Assembly: GCA_050084985.1 (NCBI GenBank)
Contig: JBITNC010000001.1
Span: 3,534,001 to 3,598,000 of the forward strand
DNA: 64,000 bases
Direction of reading: 5' to 3'
Origin: Nageia nagi
Taxonomy: Eukaryota > Plantae > Pinophyta
A program made the position numbers and the translations under genes. Under the pieces are notes generated by a model. That model ran no database searches. It saw only the letters and a list, made by a program, of their open reading frames with translations, and was not told the origin of the DNA. Below are positions 1 to 12,627 of the stretch, one piece after another (position 1 is the stretch's first letter; every line of letters begins with the position of its first letter).

Positions 1-1194
1 ACGGTGACCAGGTACCCATGGCTTCTTGCAGCTGAAACAAAGATTCTTCCTTCTAAGTTCATTTCTTTCATCATCCAATTTCCTTCCATGGTGTGGCGAT
101 GGTGGACCCCTAGTTGTATGTGGTGTAGGTCTTCCCATGGGCTGGTTTCTTTGGAAAGCTGATCCTCCCCTTTGGAATGTATCTCTTCTTTGAAATGGGG
201 TTGCCATGTTAGCTCTAGGAGGTGGTAGAGTAGAAGGCCTTGATCTAGGAAAAGCAGATGATTCAAGAGCTAGTGCCCTCCTAAAAGCATCTTGCAATGT
301 GGGTGGTTCATGAGCTTTAACCAAACCCTTTAGTGGTTCTAGTAAGCCTTCAATGAAAAGAAAAGACACCCTTCTATCAGATATATTGGTCACCATAACT
401 GAAATCTTCTGAAATTCTTCAATATATGCTTCAACAGTTGTTGTTTGTTGTAGTGTGGCCAGCTCCCTAAAGTACTCTTCTTCATCTTTCTTTTCAAATC
501 TATCCAAGACTCTTTGACTAAATTCATCAAAGGTAATAATTTCTTCATGTCCTTGTGTTGTGAGGCCATGATGCCACCAATCATATGCAGCTTCTTCAAG
601 GTAAATAGTGGCAAATTGGATTGCATCTTCTTCGGCTATAGGACAAAGAGTAAAGTAGGTTTGCAACTTTTGTAACCATGCTCTAGCTGTCATATTCTTG
701 CCATTGAACATAGGAACTTGCATCTTTTGAAAATGCTTATTATCATAATACTTGCTATTTCTACCAATCTTCTTTCCCAAAATACTTAGATAGCTCTCAA
801 AAGAAACTGAGTCTTTAAATTCAGTAGACTTACCTTGGTAATCAGCGAAGTATATCTCCATTTCTTCAGTTGCCAAACCTTGATCAGTTCCTTGTTTTGG
901 CACGAACATGGGTCTTGAAGGTCTAGGCAAAGGAGGATGACCATAACGAACTGATCTTTCACTCCCTTGGTCATTCGCTAGTGTCCTAACTGTTTCCTCT
1001 TGTTGTGGCTGCGTTTGGGGTTTGGAGAGCCCATCTATTTTTTTGACCAACTGAGTTAGTAGGTCTACCATTGTCTTGAGCTCATTTGGTGGTTCTTCCA
1101 TGCCTTTGATTTCTTCAACTTCTTGTTTTTCGAAGTTTGGATCTGCTGTTCGCTGCGAATCCTTCTTACTTTTTCTTGTGTAGTAATGGTGCAT
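1..1194 (-). pseudogene. gag: Ty3/gypsy (chromovirus-like) gag, degenerate; the element runs off the left edge
   Basis: Minus-strand translation gives KMQVPMFNGKNMTARAWLQKLQTYFTL...EDAIQFATIYLEEAAYDWWHHG...FDEFSQRVLDRF (retrotransposon gag) and a zinc-knuckle-like CFSCKKPWVPGH near base 1. It closely resembles the gag at 27942-28652. Confidence 0.85.
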
Positions 1195-1223
1195 AGACTC
1201 CCTCACAGGCTGGCAAGAGACCA

Positions 1224-1235
1224 GCTCTGATACCA
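1224..1235 (-). promoter_or_regulatory. Primer-binding site, tRNA-iMet
   Basis: Minus strand reads TGGTATCAGAGC, 1 nt after the LTR 3' end (...GGGATATTTCA). Confidence 0.9.
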
Positions 1236-1236
1236 C

Positions 1237-1922
1237 TGAAATATCCCAATTATTACTCAAGATTTTTGGGCATAAAAACTAGATCTGTTACATGCTATCT
1301 TTGACTCCAAACTCCAACTGTAACAGCACTTTTATTACTTAATAATGATGACAGAATTCTGATCTTATAACAGCAGTAATATAGGAATTAAATCGCATGA
1401 AAGAGACCATAGAATCATTCATTCAAGAGTAGATAACAAGAACAATGAGTATATGAGATCAAATCTTCAATACGCAAGTAATAAGACTGTTATTTCTGTA
1501 ACAATTCTGTAACATTCCTGTAACAATATTTAGGGCATCCAAAATATGAGTCTCCTCACAAATTCTTCAAAATGCCACTTCTAAGGCTGTTGGGCGCATC
1601 CCTAGGCCAAAGAAGGATGAGAAGGGCACATCCCTAACTCAAGAAAAGCAGATATCAGAATTTGATTGGATGATCCCTTGAAAATGAGAAATGTTTTTGC
1701 TTAAATAGCCATTAAATGTCTCCATAAAAGCCAGCCGACCAACCTTGGAAGAGAAAACTAGATTTCCAAGTGGTTTTGTCGACTTGAACATGGATAATGA
1801 TTCCAAATACAATTCTTTACATTTTTTTTTTCTTTTCTTTTGATAAATGCCAAAAGTGTAAAGTACTCCTAGATCTAGAAATTGCAATGAAAATGAAATA
1901 CAAAGAATTTTGGGACATTACA
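1237..1922 (-). mobile_element. 5' LTR (~686 bp) of the left-edge Ty3/gypsy element
   Basis: Minus strand starts TGTAATGTCCC (1922) and ends GGGATATTTCA (1237), giving imperfect inverted TG..CA termini. It is followed directly by the PBS and gag. Confidence 0.85.
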
Positions 1923-2382
1923 CAGCATTTGTTGGAAAGAATACCTTCAAACTCAAGAGACTCACTGGAGAAGAATTGTCATTTCTTGTGAACGGCAAAC
2001 ATTTAAAACATTGCTTTCAATAGTCGAGTCCAGGACCCAATGTACATATTGTACATATCTTGGTCTATTTCAAAAAAAAATGTGTATATGTTTTGTTTGA
2101 TTTCGTTTTAACCAGTGTTGACGTCTCAACACACCCCTCCTCTTTTTTTGCAAAAGATAGGGGACCCTCACTTTCAAAAGCAAGGTGGAAGCTTCAAAAG
2201 GCTTGGCCCAAACAGCATTTTGGGTAGCAATGGAAGAAAGTTGTTCAGAATAGCCCAAAGTGCAACTTTAAAAGGCACTTAAAAAAGCTTGCTAGAAAGA
2301 AAAAAGGCACTCTGGAGAGATCATTTTGGAGAGATCATTCGTAGAAACGGAGGTGAAATCCAAAAAAATGGTTAAGTCCAAG

Positions 2383-3705
2383 GCTGGTCGCATGTTGCAA
2401 GAAAGCCATGTCTTCATCTTTGTGGGATGGTATGACCACCCTTTAAGCAAGTTTCAATCCCTAAAAAAAACGACTAAGTCCTCAAAATTTTCCATCCTGA
2501 GGGTGTTTGCATGATCTTGAAAAGTTGCATTTCCATCTCCCTCAAATCGTGAGACCACCCCCTCTTGAGAAGCAAAGTTGAAAAACAAAGAAAACTAGCC
2601 TTTGGGAGGTGTTCGCATAGTTTCAAGAAGTTAAAAAACCCATCCTTTTCTAGTCATGCGACCACCCCTCCTAAACAGTTTAAGAACTCCAAAATTTGGC
2701 TGTGTTTCAAATTTGTCCTCCAAATGGGTGTTCACACGATTTGTAAAGGTTACAAACTCATCTTCCTATAACCACTCAACCACCCTCACTTGGACGTTGC
2801 ACCTACCTTAGCCACATTCGGCCTTCACCTTGGCCGTATAGATGAGGATACTTGGCAAGTGAGACCAGTATAGAATGAAGAGCATCCTAGTTCATTTGTT
2901 CCACTCAGTTTGCAACTTCAAGGGCATTCGCATAGTTTGGAGAAGTCACCTTTCCATCTTCCAAAAACCATGCGACCACCCTCTCTTCAGGATTTTGGGC
3001 TTCAAATCAGCTAAGTGTTGGATTAAAGGCTCCCTAGAGGTGTTCGCATGATCTTGGTTAGTTGACACTCCATTTTTGGCAAAGCGTGCGACCACCCCTT
3101 CTAGATGTTAGACATGCATCAAATGATGCTTGTCTCAGGCTCATTAGACCTTCTTTTGAACCAGTCCAGCGTAGACACCTGTCAAAGAAGTAACTTTAAA
3201 AGTGACTACATACATCATTTGCACCAATTAAACTTGGCATCCAAAGTGGTCGCATGGTTCAAGAATGTTAGGAGTGCATCTTTTGCCAAAGGTGAGACCA
3301 TCCCCTTTGCATCTCCAAAATTGACCAAGCAGCTCAAGGAGTGGTCACATGGTTCAGGAATGTTAGGCGTGCATCATTTGAAAGGCATGCAAACACCCCT
3401 CCTTTGCATCTTGCATCAATTCAAGTAGTCACATGATTGTGAGAAGTCATCTTTGCATCTTTTGGAGAGCATGCGACCACCCTCCAACCTGGATTCTGAA
3501 CTAAGTATCATTTTGTTGCATCCATTGTTGGTCGCATGTCTTGGTGAAGTTACAATTGCATCATTTTGAATTCATGCGACCACCTTCTTCTTGCATTGTC
3601 ACCTGCACCTCGTATTTTGTAACGTCAATTAACTCATTATTGCATATGGTCGCATGGTCCATAGGAGATAGATGTCCATCATTGTAAATACATGCGACCA
3701 CCTTT
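2383..3705. repeat. Array of ~11 spaced inverted-repeat units (~58 bp; consensus GGTGGTCGCATG...CATGCGACCACC)
   Basis: Units near 2385, 2500, 2608, 2728, 2923, 3039, 3247, 3340, 3426, 3530 and 3647. Each has inverted outer arms and a TTGCATCTTTT-like core, separated by unique spacers. Confidence 0.8.
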
Positions 3706-3770
3706 CTGCATTTAAAATTTTGATACACGGCCATCTAAGTAATGTTTGCTTTATGTATTAAAGTAGGTCT

Positions 3771-6372
3771 TGTTGTGACTAAAACACAACATGCCCCAAA
3801 ATCCTACGATTTTGGGGACCCTCAATGTGTCACGTATATACTTCATTTTGTCTTCATCTTGTCTAACCTAAGTTGTGTCACCAAGACTCGAATTCATGGA
3901 TCATCCCCTTCTAGTTCAAGCCTTATTCTTTGCCCAAGGTCAGTCATACTAAGTTAGAAATCTTGATATTCCCAAAAACAATGACTAAGTCTGGAAAGAA
4001 GAGTCGAAGCTCGATCAACTCAAACTGGGCATCTCCAAGGGCTGGTGCATGGTTAAAAAACACAAAATCTTGTCTTTTGAAATCATGCAACTGGGCTTGG
4101 AGGTTGTCCAAACTGAAAGAGAGACTCAAAAATGCAATCTAAGGCACTTGCAAGCCCAACGCATGCCCCCAAGAGACAAAATCTTGTCTTTTCTGGGCAT
4201 AAGCCAAGCATAGGAAGCAGGTTGGAACGAAATGGAGCACGTCCAAGGGAAAGGCACAACAAGACTGGCACATGGTTTCAAAAGACAAAATCTTATCTTT
4301 TTGAACCATGCGACCAACCCAGGAGGAAGAACTGAGCAAGTGCAAGGGTCAAAAAGTGAACCTAAGGCACTCAAGAGGCTGGCGCATGCCTCAAAAAGAC
4401 AAAATTTTGTCCTTTTGAACTATACGCCAAGCCTGGAAAGGTTGCCAGTTCGAGCAAATAGGAAAGAATCGACAAGTCATGAAGCCCAAAACCTCAAGGT
4501 CTGATCAAGCTCACCCTAGAGGGTTGGCACATGATCTCAAAAGACAATTTTTTGACTTTTTGAGCAATGCGCCAAGCCCAGGAAGCCTCCAAGATCGAAT
4601 AGGGATAAAAATTTGACTAAGGCATGAACACTTAAGCACCAAATCACGAAAATTAGGCCATATGGAGGCTGGAGCATAATTCAAAAAGACAAAATCTTGT
4701 CTTTTTGAACCATGAGACCAGGCTGGACGGGCAAACAAGGTTGGCACATGCCTCAAAAAGTTCACAAACTTGACTTTTTGAATCATGCACCAAGCTTACA
4801 GGCTGCCCAAGTTGAGATGAAAGATCAAAATTGTCAAGTCCAATCGATAGGAAGACCAAAAATCAAGGGAAATCAGGTTACCGAGTGAGTTTGGTGATCA
4901 AGGAAGGCAAGCAAGAGACCCAACATTGGGAGCATGCTCACCCCCAAGGCTGGCGCATGATTTAAAAAGTCACAATTTTATCTTTTTTTTGTCTTGCGCC
5001 AAGCCAATTTGAGCTCTAAAACCCCAACATCCAAGCACAGGCAGCTTTTCACGAGTTTGTGAGCCGGCATATATCTCAAGGTTTGCCAGATGGAGGGTCA
5101 ATATGCAGAGGATAGTGAACAAGTTGGGATGTTGTATCATCAGGAACTGGCCAAGGGTGTCGAAGATGCTCCACGAACTAGAACTCACAGCGAAGTTCTT
5201 AGATGAAAACTTCAAGGAACACATTGAGGCGTTGGGCCCACGGGCGCCATAGTCACAATTTTTAGTTTTATTTTATTCTTAAGAAAATGCAATTAATTTA
5301 CTAAATACTGTTGTTATTTGATAATTAAGTCCCACGTTTGTGATGGATGAGAATTTGCTCCCACAAACTTGGAGGACATCTTGTAATGCCATGTGGCAAT
5401 GTTTGATTGGACCACTTATTATTTCTTGGAACTCGTAATTAGGGTTAGGGCAACATCTAGGGTTGCTCTAAAAACTATTTATAGCCCATTTAGGCTCATT
5501 TTGTGAGGAGACATTTTTTTGCAAATTAGGCTACTTACAAAATACTTTCAATTTTGCAAGTTTTCCCTTTTCGCAATTGTGATATAATTCCAAGAAATTG
5601 AAGTGAGCATATTTTCATTTGAGACTATGGATGTGAATGTGTGTTATATCTCTATGCTATCTTGAATGTTTGAGACATTATGCAAATCTATTAAAGTTGG
5701 ACAAAAGAGAGCTTGCAAATCTTTTTGAACCATTTCAAGTAGTGTATGGTTGTGACGTTCCATAATTTGCACATTGGATTAGTGTCTTCTAAGATGTCTT
5801 GCATATGTTGTTTAATCTAGAAACTTCATTCCGTGTTTGAGTTTTACCCACATCTTATCTTGCCTTTCCACCACCTCAGCTTCAAGCTCCCCTTGTTTGG
5901 ACACTCTTGTCATTGCCTTTCAAGTCAGATTAGGAATGCATGGAACCTAAGCCAAACCCATGCGTGTCTAGTCTTTGAAACCCACACTAGTCGATGAGAA
6001 TATTGCCCAAGAGTTGAATTCATATATCATCATCTTCCCATAACCCCTTTTTGTCTATTCTTTTTATTTCTTTGTGCAGTTTTCGCAACAAATATTTTCT
6101 TTTTCTTCTTTTTCTTGAGAAACAACCATTCTTGGATCAAGGACCCTTCGAGTCCTTGGCTAACAAATATTATTTGAGTTGGTAACAGCTTAAATTATCT
6201 CCACCTTATCACCTGAGTGAACCCTTGCACCCTTCAATTTCAAAACCTTTGAGGTAAAAGTTCTCATAGCAGGTAGGGGCAACGCCCTACCACTCAAGTT
6301 TTGGAGTCTTGCCACAGGCCTTGTGATACCATTTGCCAATCAGTAAGGGTAGAAAAGAAAAAGCCCCCAACA
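3771..6372 (+). mobile_element. Family-A module, copy 1 (2.6 kb, internally deleted, solo-LTR-like)
   Basis: TGTTGTGACT...CCCCCAACA with TSD GGTCT (3766-3770) / GGTCC (6373-6377). Colinear with 18239-20424 and the reverse complement of 21548-27492. Keeps only the last ~50 codons of the ORF (MLHELELTAKFLDENFKEHIEALGPRAP*, ending ~5252). Confidence 0.9.
4042..5003. repeat. Array of 8 ~52-bp palindromes (consensus TGGCGCATGnnTCAAAAAGACAAAATCTTGTCTTTTTGAnnCATGCGCCA)
   Basis: Units near 4043, 4155, 4265, 4379, 4523, 4669, 4741 and 4950. Each is nearly self-complementary, and spacers are non-repetitive. Confidence 0.9.
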
Positions 6373-6743
6373 GGTCCATCCATATGTCAAGTTTGTTGGT
6401 CTTAGTAGTTGAACCTCCCATTTTCTCATCATTTTATGGTCGCACCATTTGCTCAAGTTAGAATATCATCTTTCCACTTTGATGTGACCAGGTCCAAGTC
6501 TATTTGCATTTGGTCCACCGATTGGTTAAATTACATGCATCCATGCAGTAAAATCATGTTACAAACAATGTTGCATGTGGGAAGAAGAAGACCACCTTGT
6601 TATCATAAAACGTTCGTTGTCCAAGTCTATTATCCTTATATAAAGGCATACAGACCTGTCAGGCATTGCACCCTCCTTGCACTAAGTCCAGTACCTGTCA
6701 AAGTCCAGTCACTACTAACTTGGTTTGCTTGTCCAGGTCTAGA

Positions 6744-9700
6744 ATGGCTAAGATCAATTCAAAGTTGGGTAAAACCAAAGAGCTGCAATTGTCCAGACTA
6801 AGTGAGCATAGTCGCGTAGAATTTGTGAAAGAAAACCCTAAAGATCCCTTGATACAGGCCAACTTCAAAAGTAGCTTCACCAACATTCGAGATACCAATT
6901 GGTCTCATACTGACCCGATTTGAACACTCCAAGCCATTGGGGAATTAGATAAATTCCAAATCCTTAAGGAAGTAGTATGCATATCAGGATTGGCAACCAC
7001 CATCCTAATTCCTTTCGTTGTTCCGTTTCCAGAGCTATGTTACGAAGTAGGCAGACATGCCAATATCAAAGATCGAGCCCTTAACGACATCGATGGCAAC
7101 AAAATCCTTGATTTCTCTCCCCAAGGGATTGAGGAAGCCTTCAAATTGAGTAATGAGAGGGTCGTTTACACATAGAAAGATTCTTTGGAATATTATGAGA
7201 AATCTTCGCAAGCTGCAAGTCTTATTAGAGACTGGCTCGAAGATGAGAACAAAGGATTTACGGAAAACAAATTGTTGAATGCAAAGAGGAATCACTTCTA
7301 CTGCATAGTGCCCATAATCATCTACATGTTGTCCAGGGCCATTGGCAAAGAAGACAACTTCAAATTCCGAAGAGAGTTTACCGGCTTCATTGCAGACGTT
7401 GAGATCCTGAACAATCCAAAGAAACCTGTATGGAGAGCTTATCCCAAGTGGTGGCTAGAGTCCAGATAGGACTATTATGCCATGAGGAACGATGGGTGAG
7501 AATTCCAAATTTATAAAGAAATCAAAGGGAGGTAAATGGTGAAGAGGATACCTGATTCAGTTGTCGATGCTATTTGAGGGCATGCTGACTATTTTCTAGA
7601 AGACCCCACACATACCTACCTTCAGGTCTATGGCTCCAAAGTCAGACCTTATCTCTTGGCTCGATACGCCAGTAATTGCCTCATTCTCATGGAGTTCTAT
7701 AGGCAGCTATTGTTTCTGTATGAAAATGTGTGGAAAAAGAAGAATTCTACAACCAATCTCCCCATTTCAATCAGGGAATATACTTGTTCGACTTGGCAGG
7801 AGGATAAGGAGATGGGTACTACGATCCTAAAGGAAGGATCCAATGTTTCTAAAAAAGGGCATTTAGAAATCATGTGATCTACAAGCATCGACCTCTTGGA
7901 GACAAGGAGAGATATAGGAACAAGAGGGAGGAGATGCAGATTCAGGAGGTCCATCAGATCTTAATAGTTAAGGGACAAATTGACAAAAGGATCTAGAACC
8001 TAAGGATTCTCGGACCATATCAGCCGACAAGTCCACCTCCTCAAGAGTGACGAAACATCAGGGACGAACAGGAGAGCATGCCACTATGGGTGGGGCTAAA
8101 CCTGGAATTCACACCGTAGTCGAGGAGATTACCAAGGACGTTGCTGTCATGAAAGACACAGGGGTACCCAAATTTCCCTCTCCAGCAGCTTGAAGATGCC
8201 ATCCCCAAGGACGTCCCCATGATGCCCATCATACCTGTTCAAGCTAAAAATCCTTTGGCCCTTCCTAACCTATTAACACCTATAGAGGAACACACAACAG
8301 ATACGTTCCCAAAGCCTATTGAGCCTGAAATTCAAGAAAATGCTCCCATTGTAAACCAAACCGAAGAACCTGACTTGTCAAGCTTATCTTTCAAGTCTGA
8401 GACATCCTTTGAATCATTTGGTTCACATGGATCAAGTTCAAAAGGAGGAAAGATAGAAAAGGAACATGAGGATGGCAAAGGTTCATAGTCTAACACACAA
8501 GATACCCAAATTGTAGACATCGAAGGAGAATCCGATATAGAAGAAACTGACGAGGCCTTGCCCTCCAAATCCACAACAATGAAGCAGGTTGCTTCCTCTA
8601 AGTCTGGCACCCCACAAAGGAATATGAGATCGTCCCCCAGGAAAGCAGCTTCTCGAATGGCCCCTACTAAACCTTCAAAGCTAAGTAGAACTTTTGCAGC
8701 TGGAGATGGGGGAGACGAGGATGATAAGGGAAATAATAAAGAACAAAAGAAGAAAAGAAAGCGACAAGAGCATGGCAGTCATAGGACATCAAAAAGTAAG
8801 TAGAAGCCATCTCAAGCAAAAAGCCAACAGTTAAGAATTGAAGAAATTCCCCGGGAGTCCGCTCCAACCAATACAAACACCACTTTGGCCAACATTGCAG
8901 TTAGCTCGACGCAACAAAAAGAATATGACTTTTATATTGATGTAGTGATCAAAGACCTTCAGATGAGCTATAAGAGTGACAATGAAGAATCTAGCCAAAG
9001 GAAGGAAGCTATGTCAGAAGACTCCCCGATCGAGGAGATAGACACTTTCATGTCTATGAAAAATGATAAAATGATCATCAACAGATGCTACTCCAAGAAA
9101 AAGCATCCACAGGATTTGAAGGACATGCGGGTCCACACCGAGGAGTTCAAAGTAAAGAAGATTGGGTGGGCTGGACGCAAGCACGCTATTAACTATAATG
9201 TGGATGAGATGGTCAGATAGGGGATCGAGAGGGAAAACACGATCAAGGAATTGAAAAAGGATTTGGCTCGAAAGAACAAGCTGGTAAAAGAAATAGAAGC
9301 CTCTAAGATGACCATTGAAGATATTAAAGTGCAAACCTCATTGAAAATTGGTATAACTTCTACCAAGGAGACTTTAGTCAATGCAATGATGAGAGTAGTT
9401 AATGAGCTCCCACTTCAACTAGTTTCCCTTACAGACAAGCAAAAGATCAAGGAGAGTACAACGGTAGTTGTCTCACAGTTACTACAAGATTTTCAAAATC
9501 ATGAGCAGGCCATCCAAAACATTAGACGAGCATCTGAAGGATAGTCTAGCCAAGTGCAATACTGCTAGGAATTTGCTTATCACTTGCATCGGTTGAGGTT
9601 TGTTGTGGGGGATTGCGCCAATCTCACTCAGGTAAGGGCCGAGCTAATGTCGGCTCTAACTTTCTAGATGAGCCAGTTTATGCAACCAGTCAGTTTTGTG

Positions 9701-10024
9701 CACAAAGATGGAAGCGCGAGACGAGTTAAGCTCGTAGTACAAGAAGTTCAAAATATCATCAAGGAGCTCACCTTTAGAAAGGACGTGAATTTGCTAAGAG
9801 TTGGGATCCACATTAAGAATCAGCAAAATTTGGCTATCTAGAAGTTCCAAATGGAGGCCACCTCTCAGTTCATCCTTGACTTCCATAATAGAAAAGATGA
9901 GGAGTTACCAAGTGCGCTCATTGTAGGACTTGCCAAGGCCAAACCTTTCTTCAACGACAAGTCTCACGAGATTCTCGAAGATGTCTTTGTTGCTGCCCAT
10001 GTTGTCGGTCCCACAGAGGGATAA
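6744..10024 (+). pseudogene. Accessory ORF of the family-B module (~1,090 codons, several stops/frameshifts)
   Basis: ORF pieces 6666-6923, 6990-7175, 7185-7469, 7656-7877, 8219-8488, 8558-8803, 8885-9220 and 9251-9544 chain into one protein. It has an N-terminal domain (FPELCYEV...ILDFSPQGIEEAF...MLSRAIGKED...FRREFTGFI...LILMEFYRQL), an acidic/low-complexity linker and a coiled-coil-like C-terminal part ending HVVGPTEG*. Confidence 0.75.
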
Positions 10025-11338
10025 ATGGATAAATGCATATTTTCTTTTATTATTGCTATATTTTAAATTTTGCATTGTGACGGATGAGCTTTTGCTCCCA
10101 CAGTTGCAAAAGGACTACTGATTTGACATTTGGTTGAGATCTGATCTGATCGGGTGTGATCAGATATGGATATGATTGATGTGACATTTGGCGTTGTTGT
10201 TCGGCCGCAGTTTTTGCTTTCTGTTAATGGTTTACACTTTTCGATATAGTATTAGGGTTGCATGGTTGTTTAGGGCAACTCTATAATTAATGTAAGGGCG
10301 ACACTTCATTTAATGAAGTTGTCAGTTGCATACTATAAGTACCCTTAACCGTGTCACTTTTGAGATGATGGTTATGCAGTTAGAGATACGGAGATAGATA
10401 GAATGCATGAGCATAGAGACTTGTAATTGCTTCTATGAGTTGAATGCCAATCTTTTGAAAAGCATATTGTGGAATATATATTTTGCAGTTGAAGTTTCCA
10501 TTGCACGTATGTATGATTTATCACTCTAGGAGACTCTGTTATTAATGAAAGTGTGATTGCTTATTTCATGGGATTGTAGTTACGCATATGACATGAAATG
10601 CATGTTGTTGTATCATTTATACATTTATAAGCATTTCCTTTAAAATTCTTGCACTTTAGGGAAAGATGGTTGAATATCTTTCTTAAATGGATGAATGATC
10701 GCTTCTACAATCATTTTGTATTATTTTGAATATCTACATACAGTTTTATTATTTTGGAATTTCTCTGCTTTTATGATATTTGGTTGGCTTTATCTGCTGG
10801 AAATGGATAAGTAATTGATACACCACCTCATATCCACCCTTCCATACCGACTATTGCCTTGTGCTCTTGCTCGGGAAAGATCCGGACCTAATTGTTTCCT
10901 CCCTTGCTTAATAATCCCAGCAAAAATTCCCTACTCAATCCAAAAGCAAAGCCCCAAACCCTGTACAGCAGTAAACAATCATCACTCAGTTATCAACTGC
11001 CAAGTCTGCCTTGTTCTTGCATATCATTGCATCCTAGATACAATCATCCTTTGCTTTAAGCACTGTCACGAAAACCACCAAAAAACCATGAAAGAAATCC
11101 TAATAGGATTGTAATTACTTTGTGAGTTAACCACCCCAAGCACATTCTTACCTGGGCCACTTCACGACAAAAGAACACCAATTGGTAGGGAAATCCGTTT
11201 AAAGTCACGGGGAGCCTCTTTAGAGCTTCAAAGATGCATAAACCTTGGGGTTAAAGTCCTTTCAAGTGGAGGTAAGTAATGCTACCTCACTCTTCATGAT
11301 GTTGTTTCCCACAGGGGGGGAACAAATTTATGTCAACA

Positions 11339-12627
11339 GACACATAATTAGTTTTGATGCCACATGGGAAGCCTTGAAGAAGCCCAAAGATTTGCATGAC
11401 TCAAAGTTGGAATTGGAGTTCTTACAACTTCAACTGAAATTGCTCAACATTGAATTGAAAGATAATGATCCCATGAGTTTGGCATTCGTGATTAAAGCCA
11501 TCAAACATGACATTATAGTTGTTAATTGCAAATTTGACATCTCATGACCCACATCAAGGTCCTACTTCCTACATATTCCAACTACCTGAGTCACTCCAAG
11601 CGAGTAGTAAATTAAAGAGTCACTTTTGATGATTTGGTAGACAAACTTTTTGAATTTGAGAAGGCTTTTGGAAACAAGATAATTGAAACTCCTAATGAGA
11701 CACTATGTGTGCCCCAACAAATAGGAAAGAAGCAAAACCAAGGTTCCATTTCCAAAGGTGAAAACAGTGAGAATGGAAGAGGAAAAGGAAGCCATATTAG
11801 AGGAAAGGGGGTAGATACGATCAAGAAGATAGAAAAAATCTTTTTTGTACAAGCTGCAAGAGAAACAGAGATGATGCTGCCCATTATAGGACACCATGGG
11901 ATAAAATTGAAAAGGAGACTCAAAAGGACAAGGGAAAGGCTCCTAAATCAACCCATAAGGTTAGTGCACATTGCAATATCGCAGCTGACACAGATAAATT
12001 CAAAACTTCATTCTCATCTTGGCAAGATGCATGGTTGTTAGACATCTATGCCACATGTCACATGACTTTTTGTCATGATTTCTTCAAGAAAATGAATGAC
12101 AATATCATTAGCACTGTATATTTTAACGATAGATCTAGTATTTTCCCTTCAATAATTGGCGCAATCAAGCTAAGATTGATTAGTCTCTCAGATTTCCTTC
12201 TTCAGAATATACTTTACCTTCCTCAAAATCAGAGGGACTTCTCGTCTCTTGTTCGAATTAGGAAACAATGACATTCCATTCATGTGTTTGATGGAAAGGT
12301 AGAAATAAAGAGAACCACGAACAATAAAGTTCTGATGATAGGTTGTGAAGATGAAAAATTGTTGAAATTGAAGGAAGGATCTACACATTTTATAGATTTG
12401 GCACAATTCACCTAACAATGTACAATTTCATCAAACCTCTTTTACCATGCACATTTTGGGCATCTCAACTAAAACAACATTCGTGTGTTATAGAAAAATA
12501 GTGTTGCAGATTTGCCTATGCTATTTATAAATTTGGAGCAATGTGAGGCTTGCATACTTGGAAAACATCACAAGCAATCATTCTCAGAATCAAAATGGAA
12601 AGCACAAAGGAAATTGGAACTTACTCA
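11339..12627 (+). pseudogene. Ty1/copia gag-protease-pre-integrase remnant
   Basis: Contains TWEALKK...LELEFLQLQLKLLNIELK (copia gag), WLLDIYATCHMT (protease, degenerate DSGA) and HAHFGHLN...CEACILGKHHKQSF...RKLELTH (start of integrase), cut at 12627. Confidence 0.8.

Larger units (their letters stand above)
1923..11338 (+). mobile_element. Family-B giant solo-LTR-like module (palindrome array + accessory ORF + LTR-like 3' part); left end not visible; interrupted by family-A copy 1
   Basis: Ends ...TTATGTCAACA at 11338 and abuts copia gag sequence with no PBS. Parts are in the same order as the family-A element at 21548-27492, the ORF is homologous, and both share a GGATGAG..TTTGCTCCCACA motif after the stop codon. 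Confidence 0.65.

Noticed and set aside
4042-5003. CRISPR-like appearance of palindromic repeats with spacers (also 2383-3705, 18535-19280, 26219-27190)
   Set aside because: The context is a eukaryotic TE with no cas genes. Spacer lengths vary widely and the spacers are homologous between element copies, so they are not acquired sequences.
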